Counted from the stretch's first letter, positions 1 through 8,820 are shown. The stretch: DNA of 40,945 nt from a virus (IMGVR_UViG_3300033412_000033:1-40945); one strand, 5' to 3'. Translations and numbers: made by a program. The notes: generated from the sequence alone by a model not told the origin.

Positions 1-510
1 GGCACGACCGCGAGCACCGGCGTCGCGAACGCGATTCGTGGCGGTGTCGGCACCACTGTTTTCGGCAGCGGTCAGAAATTCGAGCAGCATTGGCTTATCC
101 GGATGCCGGCGCTGTTCAACAATTCGACTGATATAGGGGTGGTGCGGTTTGGGTGGGTCGATAATTCTTCGGCCCCCACAAATGGACTTTATTACGAGTT
201 CGTCCCGGCTACTTCCGCGAACTGGCGCCCTGTGTCTATGGTCGGGTCGACGCCTACGTTGCTATCTGGCGGAACTGCCGTGCCTGTACCATCCGACACG
301 TGGACGCATCTATCGCTCATCTGGGATGGTACGACGGCAACGGCCAAGGCGGACGGAGTTACCATCGGAACGACCACCACGGTCGACACTACGACGCCCG
401 TCTCCGAAGCAATTGCGGTCATCAACAGCACCCCCATTGCGTCTACGCACCATGTTCTTTTGGACCTGTACCATAAGAAGATGGGTTGGACGACACCGAG
501 AGCCAACTAG
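1..510 (+). CDS. Tail fibre/receptor-binding protein, C-terminal LamG/ConA-like domain (5' partial)
   Basis: Frame 1 is open from base 1 to TAG at 508-510. Thr/Gly-rich beta-type sequence (NGLYYEF..ANW..TWTHLSLIWDG..DGVTIGT..LDLY) resembles lectin-like fibre tips. Lies upstream of baseplate/fibre genes. Confidence 0.6.
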   Translation, partial: GTTASTGVANAIRGGVGTTVFGSGQKFEQHWLIRMPALFNNSTDIGVVRFGWVDNSSAPTNGLYYEFVPATSANWRPVSMVGSTPTLLSGGTAVPVPSDTWTHLSLIWDGTTATAKADGVTIGTTTTVDTTTPVSEAIAVINSTPIASTHHVLLDLYHKKMGWTTPRAN

Positions 511-583
511 CCCCCACTACGCCCCGGCTTGGGGCTAACACCCTCATAGGTGGCATCCAAGCGGGGCTAGATGTAGTGGGGGC
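510..583 (+). other. Long hairpin filling a 79-nt coding gap between matched AAC codons (candidate ribosomal bypass or excisable element)
   Basis: GCCCCCACTAC 510-520 pairs perfectly with GTAGTGGGGGC 573-583. Inner stems: 521-525/563-567, 527-532/557-562, 539-542/549-552. AAC at 505-507 and at 584-586. Confidence 0.75.
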
Positions 584-2062
584 AACGAAGCCGAAGGTGC
601 CCCGCAATTCACGCAGCCGATCGGCGTTCTGCGCTATCCGGCGTGGTCGTCTGACACGGATCAGACCCAATTCGACGTCGCTCTAGAAGCGGCGTGGCAG
701 ACCGACTTCGCGTGGCGTCAGCCGACGCGCGGTTGGGCTGAGTACGGAACGGGCGTTGATGCGCAAGCGATCGCCGACGCTGAGATCGACGATGCGGCCG
801 ATGCAGGCATCGATTTCTTCTGGTACCTGCATTATCCGACCGCGTCTGTGATCGGAGGCACACCTGACGACATCCCGGCGATCACCGCGATCGCAACACC
901 GCTCGACAAGTTCCAGGCGTCAACGCACAAGTCGAAGATGAAATTCGCGGTAATCTCTGAAGCCGCGTGGCTACGCTATCCGCCGTACCCGAATAACTTC
1001 GGAGCGTGCGGCGGGCACTGCACGGGGCTCGGGAGCTACGGCTATTTCACTCAACAGATCACCGAAATCGCAAACCGAATGCTCGATCCGCAGTACTTCC
1101 GATACAACGGACGTCCGCTGTGGGGGATTTACGGTTCATCCAACATCGACGCGACGCACATGAACTCGGCGATCGCCACTATCACGAGCATTGTCGGCGC
1201 AGCGCCATACGTCGTGGATGTGAACCACAACACTACGCAGGCCGGCGTGCTCGGCGAGAACGCGATCACCACGTACGGACCGAACACGAATCACCTGTCT
1301 GCGGGCCAACACCCTTACACAGATCAGATTACACAGGACCGTGCGTTTTGGCCCCCGGCCGGCTTCGAGATGTGGGCGGGGGTAACGGCGCTACTAGATA
1401 CGCGCCCGCGTCCGTCGTGGGCGTTCGGGTACGCCGACATGCCGACGATGCCGGAGTGGATCAATCATCTGCGTGGCGCCGCTACTTTCGTCTCGAGCGG
1501 TTTCACGAATCGCGCAATCATCATTTACAACTGGTCGGAATACATGGAGGGCGGACCTGGAATCAATCGGACGACGCAGGAGGGAAGCAGGTTTCTCGTC
1601 GGGATCGCGTGCGCGAAATGGGGCGTGAACTCCAGCAAGTGTCCCTCGTCGATCACCTACGAGGTCGACGCCTGCAACATTGGCGGCGCAATGGCGCATA
1701 CCGGTGTCGGCTGGACGTGTCCTGCTTCTGTTGGATCGCACGACTACGACGAAAACCTGGACTCCACGACGAACGACACCGCCGTCTTTACCCATGTGGG
1801 CACAACGGCCGCTGACGTCGTCTGCACGAAAGGCCCGGACCGCGGGCAATTCTCCGTAAAGATCGACAGCGGGACCCCGACTACGATCGACGCCTACGCG
1901 GCTTCTCCGGCCGTGCATCAGACGTGCTGGTCATCTGGCGCGCTCGATGGGACGAAACACGCGATCACCGTGACGGTCCTCGGCACGAAAAACGGCTCGA
2001 GTTCTAGTGTGCAGGTCGGGATCGACTCGTTCCGCGTGACGGCGGATCCGCGAACGTTCTGA
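584..2062 (+). CDS. GH99/GH71/WbsX-like glycoside hydrolase plus C-terminal galactose-binding-like domain; no canonical start for its N-terminal part
   Basis: Frame 2 is open from 539 but the first ATG/GTG/TTG is at 848. The upstream part already reads IGVLRYPAW...AIADAEIDDAADAGIDFFWY. Later motifs: DPQYFRYNGRPLWGIY, IYNWSEYMEGG, and C-terminal KGPDRGQFSVKIDSG..HAITVTVLGTKN..IDSFRV. Confidence 0.7.
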   Translation, partial: NEAEGAPQFTQPIGVLRYPAWSSDTDQTQFDVALEAAWQTDFAWRQPTRGWAEYGTGVDAQAIADAEIDDAADAGIDFFWYLHYPTASVIGGTPDDIPAITAIATPLDKFQASTHKSKMKFAVISEAAWLRYPPYPNNFGACGGHCTGLGSYGYFTQQITEIANRMLDPQYFRYNGRPLWGIYGSSNIDATHMNSAIATITSIVGAAPYVVDVNHNTTQAGVLGENAITTYGPNTNHLSAGQHPYTDQITQDRAFWPPAGFEMWAGVTALLDTRPRPSWAFGYADMPTMPEWINHLRGAATFVSSGFTNRAIIIYNWSEYMEGGPGINRTTQEGSRFLVGIACAKWGVNSSKCPSSITYEVDACNIGGAMAHTGVGWTCPASVGSHDYDENLDSTTNDTAVFTHVGTTAADVVCTKGPDRGQFSVKIDSGTPTTIDAYAASPAVHQTCWSSGALDGTKHAITVTVLGTKNGSSSSVQVGIDSFRVTADPRTF

Positions 2063-2100
2063 TATAGTCCAGCACGCTAACGCAGGGTACGCATACCGTA

Positions 2101-2388
2101 ATGGCCAGCCGCATCGAACAACTTGAAGAGAACTATGGTAAATGCTTAGCCGATGCGGCTAGGGTTGAAAGGCTGGTGCGTTCCGAGATTGGTCGTCTTG
2201 AAAGGCAAATCGGCGGCATCAAAGAAGACATGAAAGCGCTTGCTAAGTACCGAGAGAAACAAGGAAGTGAAACTCATCTCTCCGTGCGCCCACTCGGTAT
2301 CAGTGTTACACTAAAAAACGTTGCGCCATGGGCTCTAGTGCTGTTGGTCTCGCTCGCAGCATTGATCGTGGCGCTTGTCAAGAGGTAA
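2101..2388 (+). CDS. Coiled-coil protein with C-terminal transmembrane helix
   Basis: Heptad-like N-terminal half; hydrophobic end PWALVLLVSLAALIVALV. Confidence 0.6.
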   Translation: MASRIEQLEENYGKCLADAARVERLVRSEIGRLERQIGGIKEDMKALAKYREKQGSETHLSVRPLGISVTLKNVAPWALVLLVSLAALIVALVKR

Positions 2389-2391
2389 ATT

Positions 2392-2694
2392 ATGGCAAAC
2401 TCAGGAACGGCACAGAAGAACGGTAGAACTGGACCCGCGTCGCTTTGGCACTATTTGCCATCCGCGGGTGCAGCTAACTTCGATATTGCAGGTTACAGCA
2501 ATACTGCGGGCAACGGTCCTAAGGCTTGTAAGCGCATTACAAACATTGCTGCCGTTGCGGCCAGCGGTCTCGTCATCAAGCGACAATGGGATGATGCCAA
2601 CGAGACTTTTGTCACGTTGCCCGCCGGCAGCAAGCTAGATATTGAAGCGTCGCAGATCGTTTCGAGTACGGTAGATTTGCTTATTGAGTGGTAA
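2392..2694 (+). CDS. Hypothetical, possibly virion protein
   Basis: GAGG SD before ATG; tightly packed in the structural operon. Confidence 0.6.
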   Translation: MANSGTAQKNGRTGPASLWHYLPSAGAANFDIAGYSNTAGNGPKACKRITNIAAVAASGLVIKRQWDDANETFVTLPAGSKLDIEASQIVSSTVDLLIEW

Positions 2695-3326
2695 TGGCTG
2701 GCAAACCCGACTTTACTAAATCTCTAAAAGCAGACGCGCTGAGTCTGCTATTGGAGCAGTACAAGGGTAAACCTATCCTTGAAGCGTTGATCTCTTCTTA
2801 CGTTGCGGAATGTGAAGAGATTAGAGACGCTATCAAAGAAGTAGTACTTGCTCGAGATGCCCGGACTGCGTACGGAATATGGCTCGATATAATCGGTAAG
2901 ATTGTTGGCGCTGCTCGCAATTCATCGAACGATGAAGCATATCGTTTGCTCATCAATACGAAGATTGCACAGAACAAGAGTAGCGGTCGCGCCGGCGATT
3001 TCGAACGCATTTGGGAGTTGATGGGGAATGATCCAGCTAATCTCCGGATGACTGAGATTTTCCCAGCTGGAGGCGTTCTTACTTCTATAGCGCCTATCAC
3101 AAGCCTTTTCTTGACCAGCACGGAAATGGTTGATGTGCTTCGTCGCATCTTCTTTCAAGGTAAAGTGAATGCGGCTGGCGTACGTCTGACTTTCGTCTTC
3201 GCTACAGATACAGACAGTTTCCAGTTTAATGATTATTACAGCGGCGGTTCTTCCCCGCAACATGCTTTTTCTGATGCTAATAATCTAGCATCTCCAGCCG
3301 GAAAGTTAGCGAGTGTAATCACATGA
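2688..3326 (+). CDS. Baseplate wedge protein, DUF2612-like
   Basis: LLLEQYKGKP..TAYGIWLDIIGKIVG..DEAYRLLINTKIAQNKSSG..AAGV pattern of myovirus baseplate proteins; directly precedes a fibre gene. Confidence 0.75.
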   Translation: MVMAGKPDFTKSLKADALSLLLEQYKGKPILEALISSYVAECEEIRDAIKEVVLARDARTAYGIWLDIIGKIVGAARNSSNDEAYRLLINTKIAQNKSSGRAGDFERIWELMGNDPANLRMTEIFPAGGVLTSIAPITSLFLTSTEMVDVLRRIFFQGKVNAAGVRLTFVFATDTDSFQFNDYYSGGSSPQHAFSDANNLASPAGKLASVIT

Positions 3327-4600
3327 CCGGTCGTCCCGCAGACGTTATTCCGTTTTGGTCTGAGAACGCAAACTATCCGGCGGGTACTGATCCGTGGTCC
3401 GGTCTTCCTACTGCCGTGCCTCCTGCTGTTGCTCTTCGCAACGGTGGTTTGATTCCTAAAGATCAGTGGCCGGCACAATACGAAAACTCTTGGAAGCGTT
3501 CGATGGCAAGGTATATGGACTACCTTGCAGACATCGGTTTCATGAATTGGTCTCGTCCACTCGAGCATGATTCTGACGTTGCGCCAGGTACGTTTTTATT
3601 CACGAGCCTAGGCCTCGGCGGTATCCAGAACTATTGGAGCAACTACCATCAAGCTTGGTTCGTTCATGGCCAAAACGCTAACGGCATCTTCTATGTTGGA
3701 GATGCTTGCGCGCTCGACAAGTTCTCTACGGGAGCCGCAGTAAAATACCACTTTGGTGCGGTTGACGAAGCAACGGGCATCTCCGTTCAATTCAATGGCG
3801 ACGCAGGCGCGGCTATTAATTATCGTCAAACAGCGGCAGATCTGAACAGCGGAACGAATAATACCCTTCCTGGCGTCTCAGGCGGAGGAGCGTTCGCTTA
3901 TCATTCGCATTATATTCCGTTCGATGATACTCCGACCGGCGGTAGAATTTTCATCTTCGGTTCTAAGAACAGTACCGAATTCACTGTTTGGGAAAGCGAC
4001 GACTCTGGAAGCACGTGGGGTGGCATACATCAAATCGACGCCGTCAATCTTCCTGGCAGCGTACGTTCCGCACATCGTGCTGGTGAAATTGTTGTTGTTA
4101 CAAAAAATGATGTGACGGCTAGCACACCGAGACTTTGGTACTCAACGGACGTTGGTGGAGTCTGGACGCAAAAAGTTGGTGCGTTTGCTACGACCGATAC
4201 TATTCTGGGTATTTATTATAGCGCAGAAGAAGACACATACATTATCGGAGTCCAGAAAGCTGGAGGCGATCACGGTTTCTATCTGTGCTCTGGATCGATC
4301 ACGAACGCTTTCACCTATCAGTCCGTAACGGCTTCTTTGCCGGCGGGAAGTTCACTTAAATGTTTTGGTGTCTTCGGTAGCGCGATTCTGTTCTGTGCAT
4401 CGCAGAGTGCGAACAGACGCCGATGGTATCTGTCTTGGAACCTCGGTGCTAAATTCCGATCCGTAGGCAGACCGACGCTCAGCAACTACGCCGTAGAGCT
4501 CGCTGTCAGCCCTCAGGGGCAGTTCTTCACGCACTCGGCGCTCGATGTTTCTCAGACCTTGCAGGTCTCAGGCATCGGTTCCGTTGCGCGCGGCGAGTGA
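3323..4600 (+). CDS. Tail fibre protein with Asp-box (BNR) beta-propeller
   Basis: N-terminal anchor-like GLIPKDQWPAQYENSW; Asp-box repeats ESDDSGSTW, YSTDVGGVW, LSWNLGAKF; ATGA overlap with the baseplate gene. Confidence 0.7.
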   Translation: MTGRPADVIPFWSENANYPAGTDPWSGLPTAVPPAVALRNGGLIPKDQWPAQYENSWKRSMARYMDYLADIGFMNWSRPLEHDSDVAPGTFLFTSLGLGGIQNYWSNYHQAWFVHGQNANGIFYVGDACALDKFSTGAAVKYHFGAVDEATGISVQFNGDAGAAINYRQTAADLNSGTNNTLPGVSGGGAFAYHSHYIPFDDTPTGGRIFIFGSKNSTEFTVWESDDSGSTWGGIHQIDAVNLPGSVRSAHRAGEIVVVTKNDVTASTPRLWYSTDVGGVWTQKVGAFATTDTILGIYYSAEEDTYIIGVQKAGGDHGFYLCSGSITNAFTYQSVTASLPAGSSLKCFGVFGSAILFCASQSANRRRWYLSWNLGAKFRSVGRPTLSNYAVELAVSPQGQFFTHSALDVSQTLQVSGIGSVARGE

Positions 4601-4789
4601 CGGATCGGGGCCGTAGAGAAGCGCGTTGATCGCGTCCTGGTCACCACAGAGCCCGCCTCCGCGCCGATGCGGGAAGTGGTAGGCGCCGCACTCGCAGCGC
4701 GTAGGACGGCGGCAGACGCGGCAATGGGGCCGCCCTGGACGGCATTTCCGAGGGCCTCGCTTAGGGCCTACGCAGCGCCCGGCCGCCAT
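4568..4789 (-). CDS. Small Cys/His-rich (putative Zn-binding) protein
   Basis: CRVC..CECGAYHFPHRRGGGLC; last gene of the leftward operon. Confidence 0.5.
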   Translation of the reverse strand: MAAGRCVGPKRGPRKCRPGRPHCRVCRRPTRCECGAYHFPHRRGGGLCGDQDAINALLYGPDPSLAARNGTDA

Positions 4790-4974
4790 GGTTCGACGCG
4801 AGCGACGGCGCTGTTTGCACCGCTGAACCGGCGCCGCTTATTGTACCGCTCCGCCCATGCACGAGCGACGGTTTCGGAGCATGGACCCAAGACAAGACGA
4901 TGAGGTTTGCGACGCATCTTGTACGCCGTCGGAGCGTCGATCACCTCCTCGACTATGATGATATGGGTGTTCAC
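4768..4974 (-). CDS. Hypothetical protein
   Basis: GTGA overlap with the upstream gene. Confidence 0.5.
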   Translation of the reverse strand: MNTHIIIVEEVIDAPTAYKMRRKPHRLVLGPCSETVARAWAERYNKRRRFSGANSAVARVEPWRPGAA

Positions 4975-5510
4975 GTCTTTACCGCTATTATCTGTTTCTT
5001 AAAGAACCGAACACCCGGTACATCTACGTTTTTGCCTGCGTACTGCCTAATTGCCGCTTCATCGATGACCCAGAACTGACCGGGGACCTTCGTACGATCG
5101 ACGATTTCGAAGTCCCATATCTCGCGCGTTTGAATACCGACAGGTTGCGGCGAGTCTGCGATGACAGCCAAAGTGTGCCGTGCGTCAGGGCTGCCTTGCG
5201 AAATCTCTGCGATGGCCTGACGCTTGACTGCTTGCAGCTCGGCTTGATATCCGACTACTAGATTCTTAAGAATTACTTCTAGTTGTTCATAAACCTTCTT
5301 AGGTTTACCAAACCAATCCTTAGCAGCCTTCATCGAGACTTTAAGAGGATCTGTGATCTTCTTTTCTTCTTCATCTAGTCTCTTGTATTGAGATTTGACT
5401 TCGATGAGAGAATCACAAACCTCCTGATAGTTCTCCGCCGTGACTTTGAAGTCGCGAAGTTCCGCGAGAATGGGGCTAGGATCTGGAAGTTCCGGGAGTG
5501 CTAGCGTCAT
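4971..5510 (-). CDS. Conserved phage coiled-coil protein (Gam/Gp157-like fold possible)
   Basis: Coiled coil plus GIQTREIWDFEIVD..VP..IDEAAIR..VPGVRF C-terminal pattern common in phage replication modules. Confidence 0.65.
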   Translation of the reverse strand: MTLALPELPDPSPILAELRDFKVTAENYQEVCDSLIEVKSQYKRLDEEEKKITDPLKVSMKAAKDWFGKPKKVYEQLEVILKNLVVGYQAELQAVKRQAIAEISQGSPDARHTLAVIADSPQPVGIQTREIWDFEIVDRTKVPGQFWVIDEAAIRQYAGKNVDVPGVRFFKKQIIAVKT

Positions 5511-5595
5511 CTTCTTTTTCTCCTAGGATGAGTTCGACGATTCCAAACAGCGCAGCGGCCGTAAAGAAAAGGGCGCACGCAAACCAAGCTTTCAT
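5476..5595 (-). CDS. 39-aa membrane peptide (not in ORF track)
   Basis: MKAWFACALFFTAAALFGIVELILGEKEDDASTPGTSRS; ATGA overlap with the upstream gene. Confidence 0.5.
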   Translation of the reverse strand: MKAWFACALFFTAAALFGIVELILGEKEDDASTPGTSRS

Positions 5596-5834
5596 CCTTC
5601 GATCAATTCAATAGCGGAGATGCCTGTCAGTGCTTCGATCGCTTTGGCTTTCTTGTAAGACGGCCGTTGACCGAGCATAAGAGAACGGATCGTCTCATGC
5701 GAAACGATGTTGTTGGTCTCCTTGCTTTTGGCTTCGAGTACTTTGCGGTACTTACTATCTGACATACCGTCAGGTTTCGTCTTGTGAAACCACTGGATGA
5801 AAGTCAGTTTCTCGATCTTCTTTTCCTTCTTCAT
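5592..5834 (-). CDS. Cro/XRE-like HTH DNA-binding protein
   Basis: VSHETIRSLMLGQRPSYKKAKAIEALTGISAIEL matches the XRE HTH C-terminal pattern. Confidence 0.6.
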   Translation of the reverse strand: MKKEKKIEKLTFIQWFHKTKPDGMSDSKYRKVLEAKSKETNNIVSHETIRSLMLGQRPSYKKAKAIEALTGISAIELIEG

Positions 5835-6253
5835 GTTACTCTGCCTAAATCTCTGAGACCTATTGCCACTGCATCCCAGAGGTTATGATCGTCGCTGCGA
5901 ATTAACGTAAGTTCGTAGGGATCAAGAACAAGCTCGGCGCGTGCTCGGGTGACCTTCTTCGGCCGCTGCCCCTTCCACTGGCGCGGAAGAACGAGCACAG
6001 TATTGCCGACTGCACCGTGGCGTTCTTCGAGGCGTCCAGCCTGATAGGCAAGACGTATGAGATCGTTCTGATCGCCCTTCTGGTGCTCAAGACGATAGCT
6101 CTGCGGAAGCTCGATGACCGTTTTATTACTCGGTCTCATCGATGGCATGCGTATCAACGCTTCAAAACGTAGGGCATCGGCATAGACGAGACGGCCGCAA
6201 TCGAAGCGTGCTACGCCGGTGACGTTACCTGGGTCGAAATAATCGTGAATCAT
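5831..6253 (-). CDS. RuvC-like Holliday junction resolvase
   Basis: DPG..TGVA, VIELPQ, PRQWKG, HNLWDAVAIG acidic motifs; start placed at the ATGA overlap at 6253. Confidence 0.75.
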   Translation of the reverse strand: MIHDYFDPGNVTGVARFDCGRLVYADALRFEALIRMPSMRPSNKTVIELPQSYRLEHQKGDQNDLIRLAYQAGRLEERHGAVGNTVLVLPRQWKGQRPKKVTRARAELVLDPYELTLIRSDDHNLWDAVAIGLRDLGRVT

Positions 6254-6630
6254 GGACGCCATCTCTTCGGACAGAGCGTCCAATCAAGAGGCGGAGGATT
6301 AGGTCCTAAATAGGTCCAATCTCGAGCCACGATGTTATGAAGAATTGCGTGTTCGCCTTCGGTCTTCATGCCGCTCGAGATGCGACCGCCGACCATCCAG
6401 ATCTCATCACAGGTCTCGACTTCACGCTTGTCACACTCGAGGCCGTTTGCCCGGTTGTCTGGACTGTCTTCGATTACTCCAGTAATTGTGATCCACGAAC
6501 AGACCGGCGCGTAACCCAGATTGAACACCCATGCCACCCATCGCGCGGCGCTCTCGCGGTTGCGCTGGATGCCTTCCGGAGTATCGGCGCTAAGGGGATG
6601 GGCTACATAGATGCGTTTTAGCTTGGCCAT
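6250..6630 (-). CDS. Nucleoside deoxyribosyltransferase-like / DUF4406-like protein
   Basis: IYVAHPL..CDEIWMVGGRISSGMKTE pattern. Confidence 0.65.
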   Translation of the reverse strand: MAKLKRIYVAHPLSADTPEGIQRNRESAARWVAWVFNLGYAPVCSWITITGVIEDSPDNRANGLECDKREVETCDEIWMVGGRISSGMKTEGEHAILHNIVARDWTYLGPNPPPLDWTLCPKRWRP

Positions 6631-8513
6631 GGGATCAACCTACCGTTTCCGTCGAACTTCGCCTCAGCGTCTTTGGACCACATGCGGCACAAGCAAGGTT
6701 CTAGCTCTCGCATGCCTACGTGGGGTAGATATTTCAACGCGCTCTCACGCATGATGCGTCCGGTTTCGACGGCCGCATCGTGCGCGTATTGATTATCTCG
6801 CGTCTTGATGAGAAACTGATCATGAATAAAATTCACAGGCCTCGAACCGAAGAGTGGCGAGTCTTCCTCGACGTAACATGCACGACACAATCGGTACGCG
6901 GCATCTTTTGCGATGACAGCACCGAGACCTTGGAACGGGAAGTTACATGCTGCCGTAAAGCTCATACCCGAACGTACGAGGCCGGAATACGGAAGCTTGA
7001 TCGTGCCATCACAGGAGTTGATAAGCTCGAAGTAAGGCTTAGCTTCGGGCCACGTATTCAACCAAGTCTGTTTGATGTGTGCTGCAAGCTCTTCTGAGAT
7101 CTTGACCTTATATGATTTTGCAGCGTAGTCGACGAACGTCGCAACACCTAACCCGCCAGGCAAACCGAAGTTAGCTACCTTCGCAGTATTCCTGTTGTGC
7201 TTAACGTTCGAATCTTTCTTGTTCTGATAGCACCAGTCTAACGGCGCTTGGAGGATCTGCGACGCGACGTTCATATGCGGATCGTTATTCGTCTCCGACG
7301 AAAGGACCGTCGCCATATGCGAGAAGCCTAACCAGAGAGCACAGACTTCCGCCCAAGTATGGAGCTCAAGCATGGGATAGTCCGAGTCGATGAAGACCCA
7401 ACCATCCGTAGGAATATAGCACTCTCTTATGCCCGGCTTGCGGCGGATGTTTTGCGTGTTCCCATCGCCTTCTTCGTCTTCCCCTTTACCCGAACCGGTT
7501 CGGCCGGTAGTAAGAAGGACCTCAAAGCGCGTTTGGATTGGCGTGTCAATTCCCGCCTCAAGTAAGGGGATGTCTGTGCTGAGGATCTTCTTGTCAGATG
7601 AAACCTCCGCGTATGCGATGAGGATCGGATCTCCACTATTAAGACAAGTGTCACTATCGAGCGCGACGTTGCCTCCGCCCGAACCGTCTTTCTTGCCTTT
7701 GGTGAGCTTCGGTTTGCCATTGCAGACTTGCGTCATCCTTTCTTTAGCGGCTTTGGTGTCTCGTGATCCATCTGGTCTGAGGAGGCCGGTGCGAATGAGA
7801 TCCGCTTCCTTAGCTGCGATATCGTCTTCGATTTCTTTGCGGAAGACAGCGACCTTATGAGGATCTGTGCGTAATCCAACAACCGAATGAAGATGAAGAG
7901 CAAAAGCAGCACGACAATTTCGTTCTTCGTCATCTAGAAAGCCTGATTTTCCATATAGCTCTTCTTGCAGTTCCCATATGATTAAAGGGGCGACGGCATC
8001 ATCAATTGTATAACTCTTTTGTTCTTCCGTCCACTGGTAAAGTGGGACATCACGTAAAGGACCGTAACCTGTACGTGGTCCGTCATCTTTGCTCAGTTCA
8101 TGACCGAGCCAGAGCTTGCACAGAGGACCTAGGCCGTAGAGACTCTTCTCAGGTCCGTTCGGACCGCGACGAAACTTCCGCTCGCCGCGCGCGATATCTA
8201 TCAGTTTCTGTCGGATCGAGACGTCCGATACGAGGCCCATGTCATATAGACACCATATGCGATCACGAAGATCTGCAAACTCGTTCCACAATACAGCCAT
8301 ATCATAGGCGATGTTAACTCCTATAAGTTTGCGTCCGAAAGCAAAACAAAGATCCGAATAAGCGACGATGGCGGCACGCGCATCGTACCATGGCATCACA
8401 TCCGCTACGATGTCCCGCTTCTCCCCTCGATATGCATACGAAAGACAGGTCAGAGCCGGCGTGAGGTTGCCAGGCTCGATAAGTGCCGTCTCCGTATCAA
8501 TCGAGATGTTCAT
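6618..8513 (-). CDS. polA: Family A DNA polymerase with 3'-5' exonuclease
   Basis: ExoI DTET, ExoII NIAYD, ExoIII YTIDDA; TTGR, QNI; motif A DSDYPMLEL, motif B RNTAKVANFG, NFPFQG, motif C IHDQ. Confidence 0.92.
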   Translation of the reverse strand: MNISIDTETALIEPGNLTPALTCLSYAYRGEKRDIVADVMPWYDARAAIVAYSDLCFAFGRKLIGVNIAYDMAVLWNEFADLRDRIWCLYDMGLVSDVSIRQKLIDIARGERKFRRGPNGPEKSLYGLGPLCKLWLGHELSKDDGPRTGYGPLRDVPLYQWTEEQKSYTIDDAVAPLIIWELQEELYGKSGFLDDEERNCRAAFALHLHSVVGLRTDPHKVAVFRKEIEDDIAAKEADLIRTGLLRPDGSRDTKAAKERMTQVCNGKPKLTKGKKDGSGGGNVALDSDTCLNSGDPILIAYAEVSSDKKILSTDIPLLEAGIDTPIQTRFEVLLTTGRTGSGKGEDEEGDGNTQNIRRKPGIRECYIPTDGWVFIDSDYPMLELHTWAEVCALWLGFSHMATVLSSETNNDPHMNVASQILQAPLDWCYQNKKDSNVKHNRNTAKVANFGLPGGLGVATFVDYAAKSYKVKISEELAAHIKQTWLNTWPEAKPYFELINSCDGTIKLPYSGLVRSGMSFTAACNFPFQGLGAVIAKDAAYRLCRACYVEEDSPLFGSRPVNFIHDQFLIKTRDNQYAHDAAVETGRIMRESALKYLPHVGMRELEPCLCRMWSKDAEAKFDGNGRLIPWPS

Positions 8514-8758
8514 ATTTTAATCTCGCCCTTGACGACAAGTCTATCTACCGTCGCTTTCAGCCTTATGTCGAAGATCGTTGAGACAAAACGTTCGTTCTGA
8601 TCGAGTCTCTTTGAGTTCTCAAGCGCCCAGCCAACATACGCGAGGCAAGCTTCTTGATGCATCCAACCAGCTAATGCCAAGTCTCCCGTGTACATCGCTC
8701 GACAGAAGCCGATAATGTACCGGGCGTATGTTAGCTGGGCTTCTTGAGCGTCGTTCAT
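8510..8758 (-). CDS. Hypothetical protein
   Basis: GAGG SD 7 nt upstream; ATGA overlap with the polymerase start. Confidence 0.6.
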   Translation of the reverse strand: MNDAQEAQLTYARYIIGFCRAMYTGDLALAGWMHQEACLAYVGWALENSKRLDQNERFVSTIFDIRLKATVDRLVVKGEIKI

Positions 8759-8763
8759 TGTGG

Positions 8764-8820
8764 GGCCTCATCAGCGCACGCTTTACGTACGGACCCAGGC
8801 TCGCAACCTGGGTTTCGGCC
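8764..8820 (-). ncRNA. Type II hammerhead ribozyme
   Basis: Minus strand reads GGCC-GAAA-C-CCAGG-uugcgag-CCUGG-GUC^-CGUACG-uaaag-CGUGCG-CUGAUGA-GGCC. Full catalytic core and all three stems are present; predicted cleavage between 8792 and 8791. Confidence 0.9.

Noticed and set aside
486-686. 66-aa frame-3 ORF across the hairpin, including an alternative AAC at 537-539
   Set aside because: It overlaps both real frames and has no recognisable features; landing there would stop at 686.
1006-1918. Long overlapping ORFs (269 aa +, 174 aa -)
   Set aside because: Arg-rich shadow frames of the GC-rich glycanase gene.
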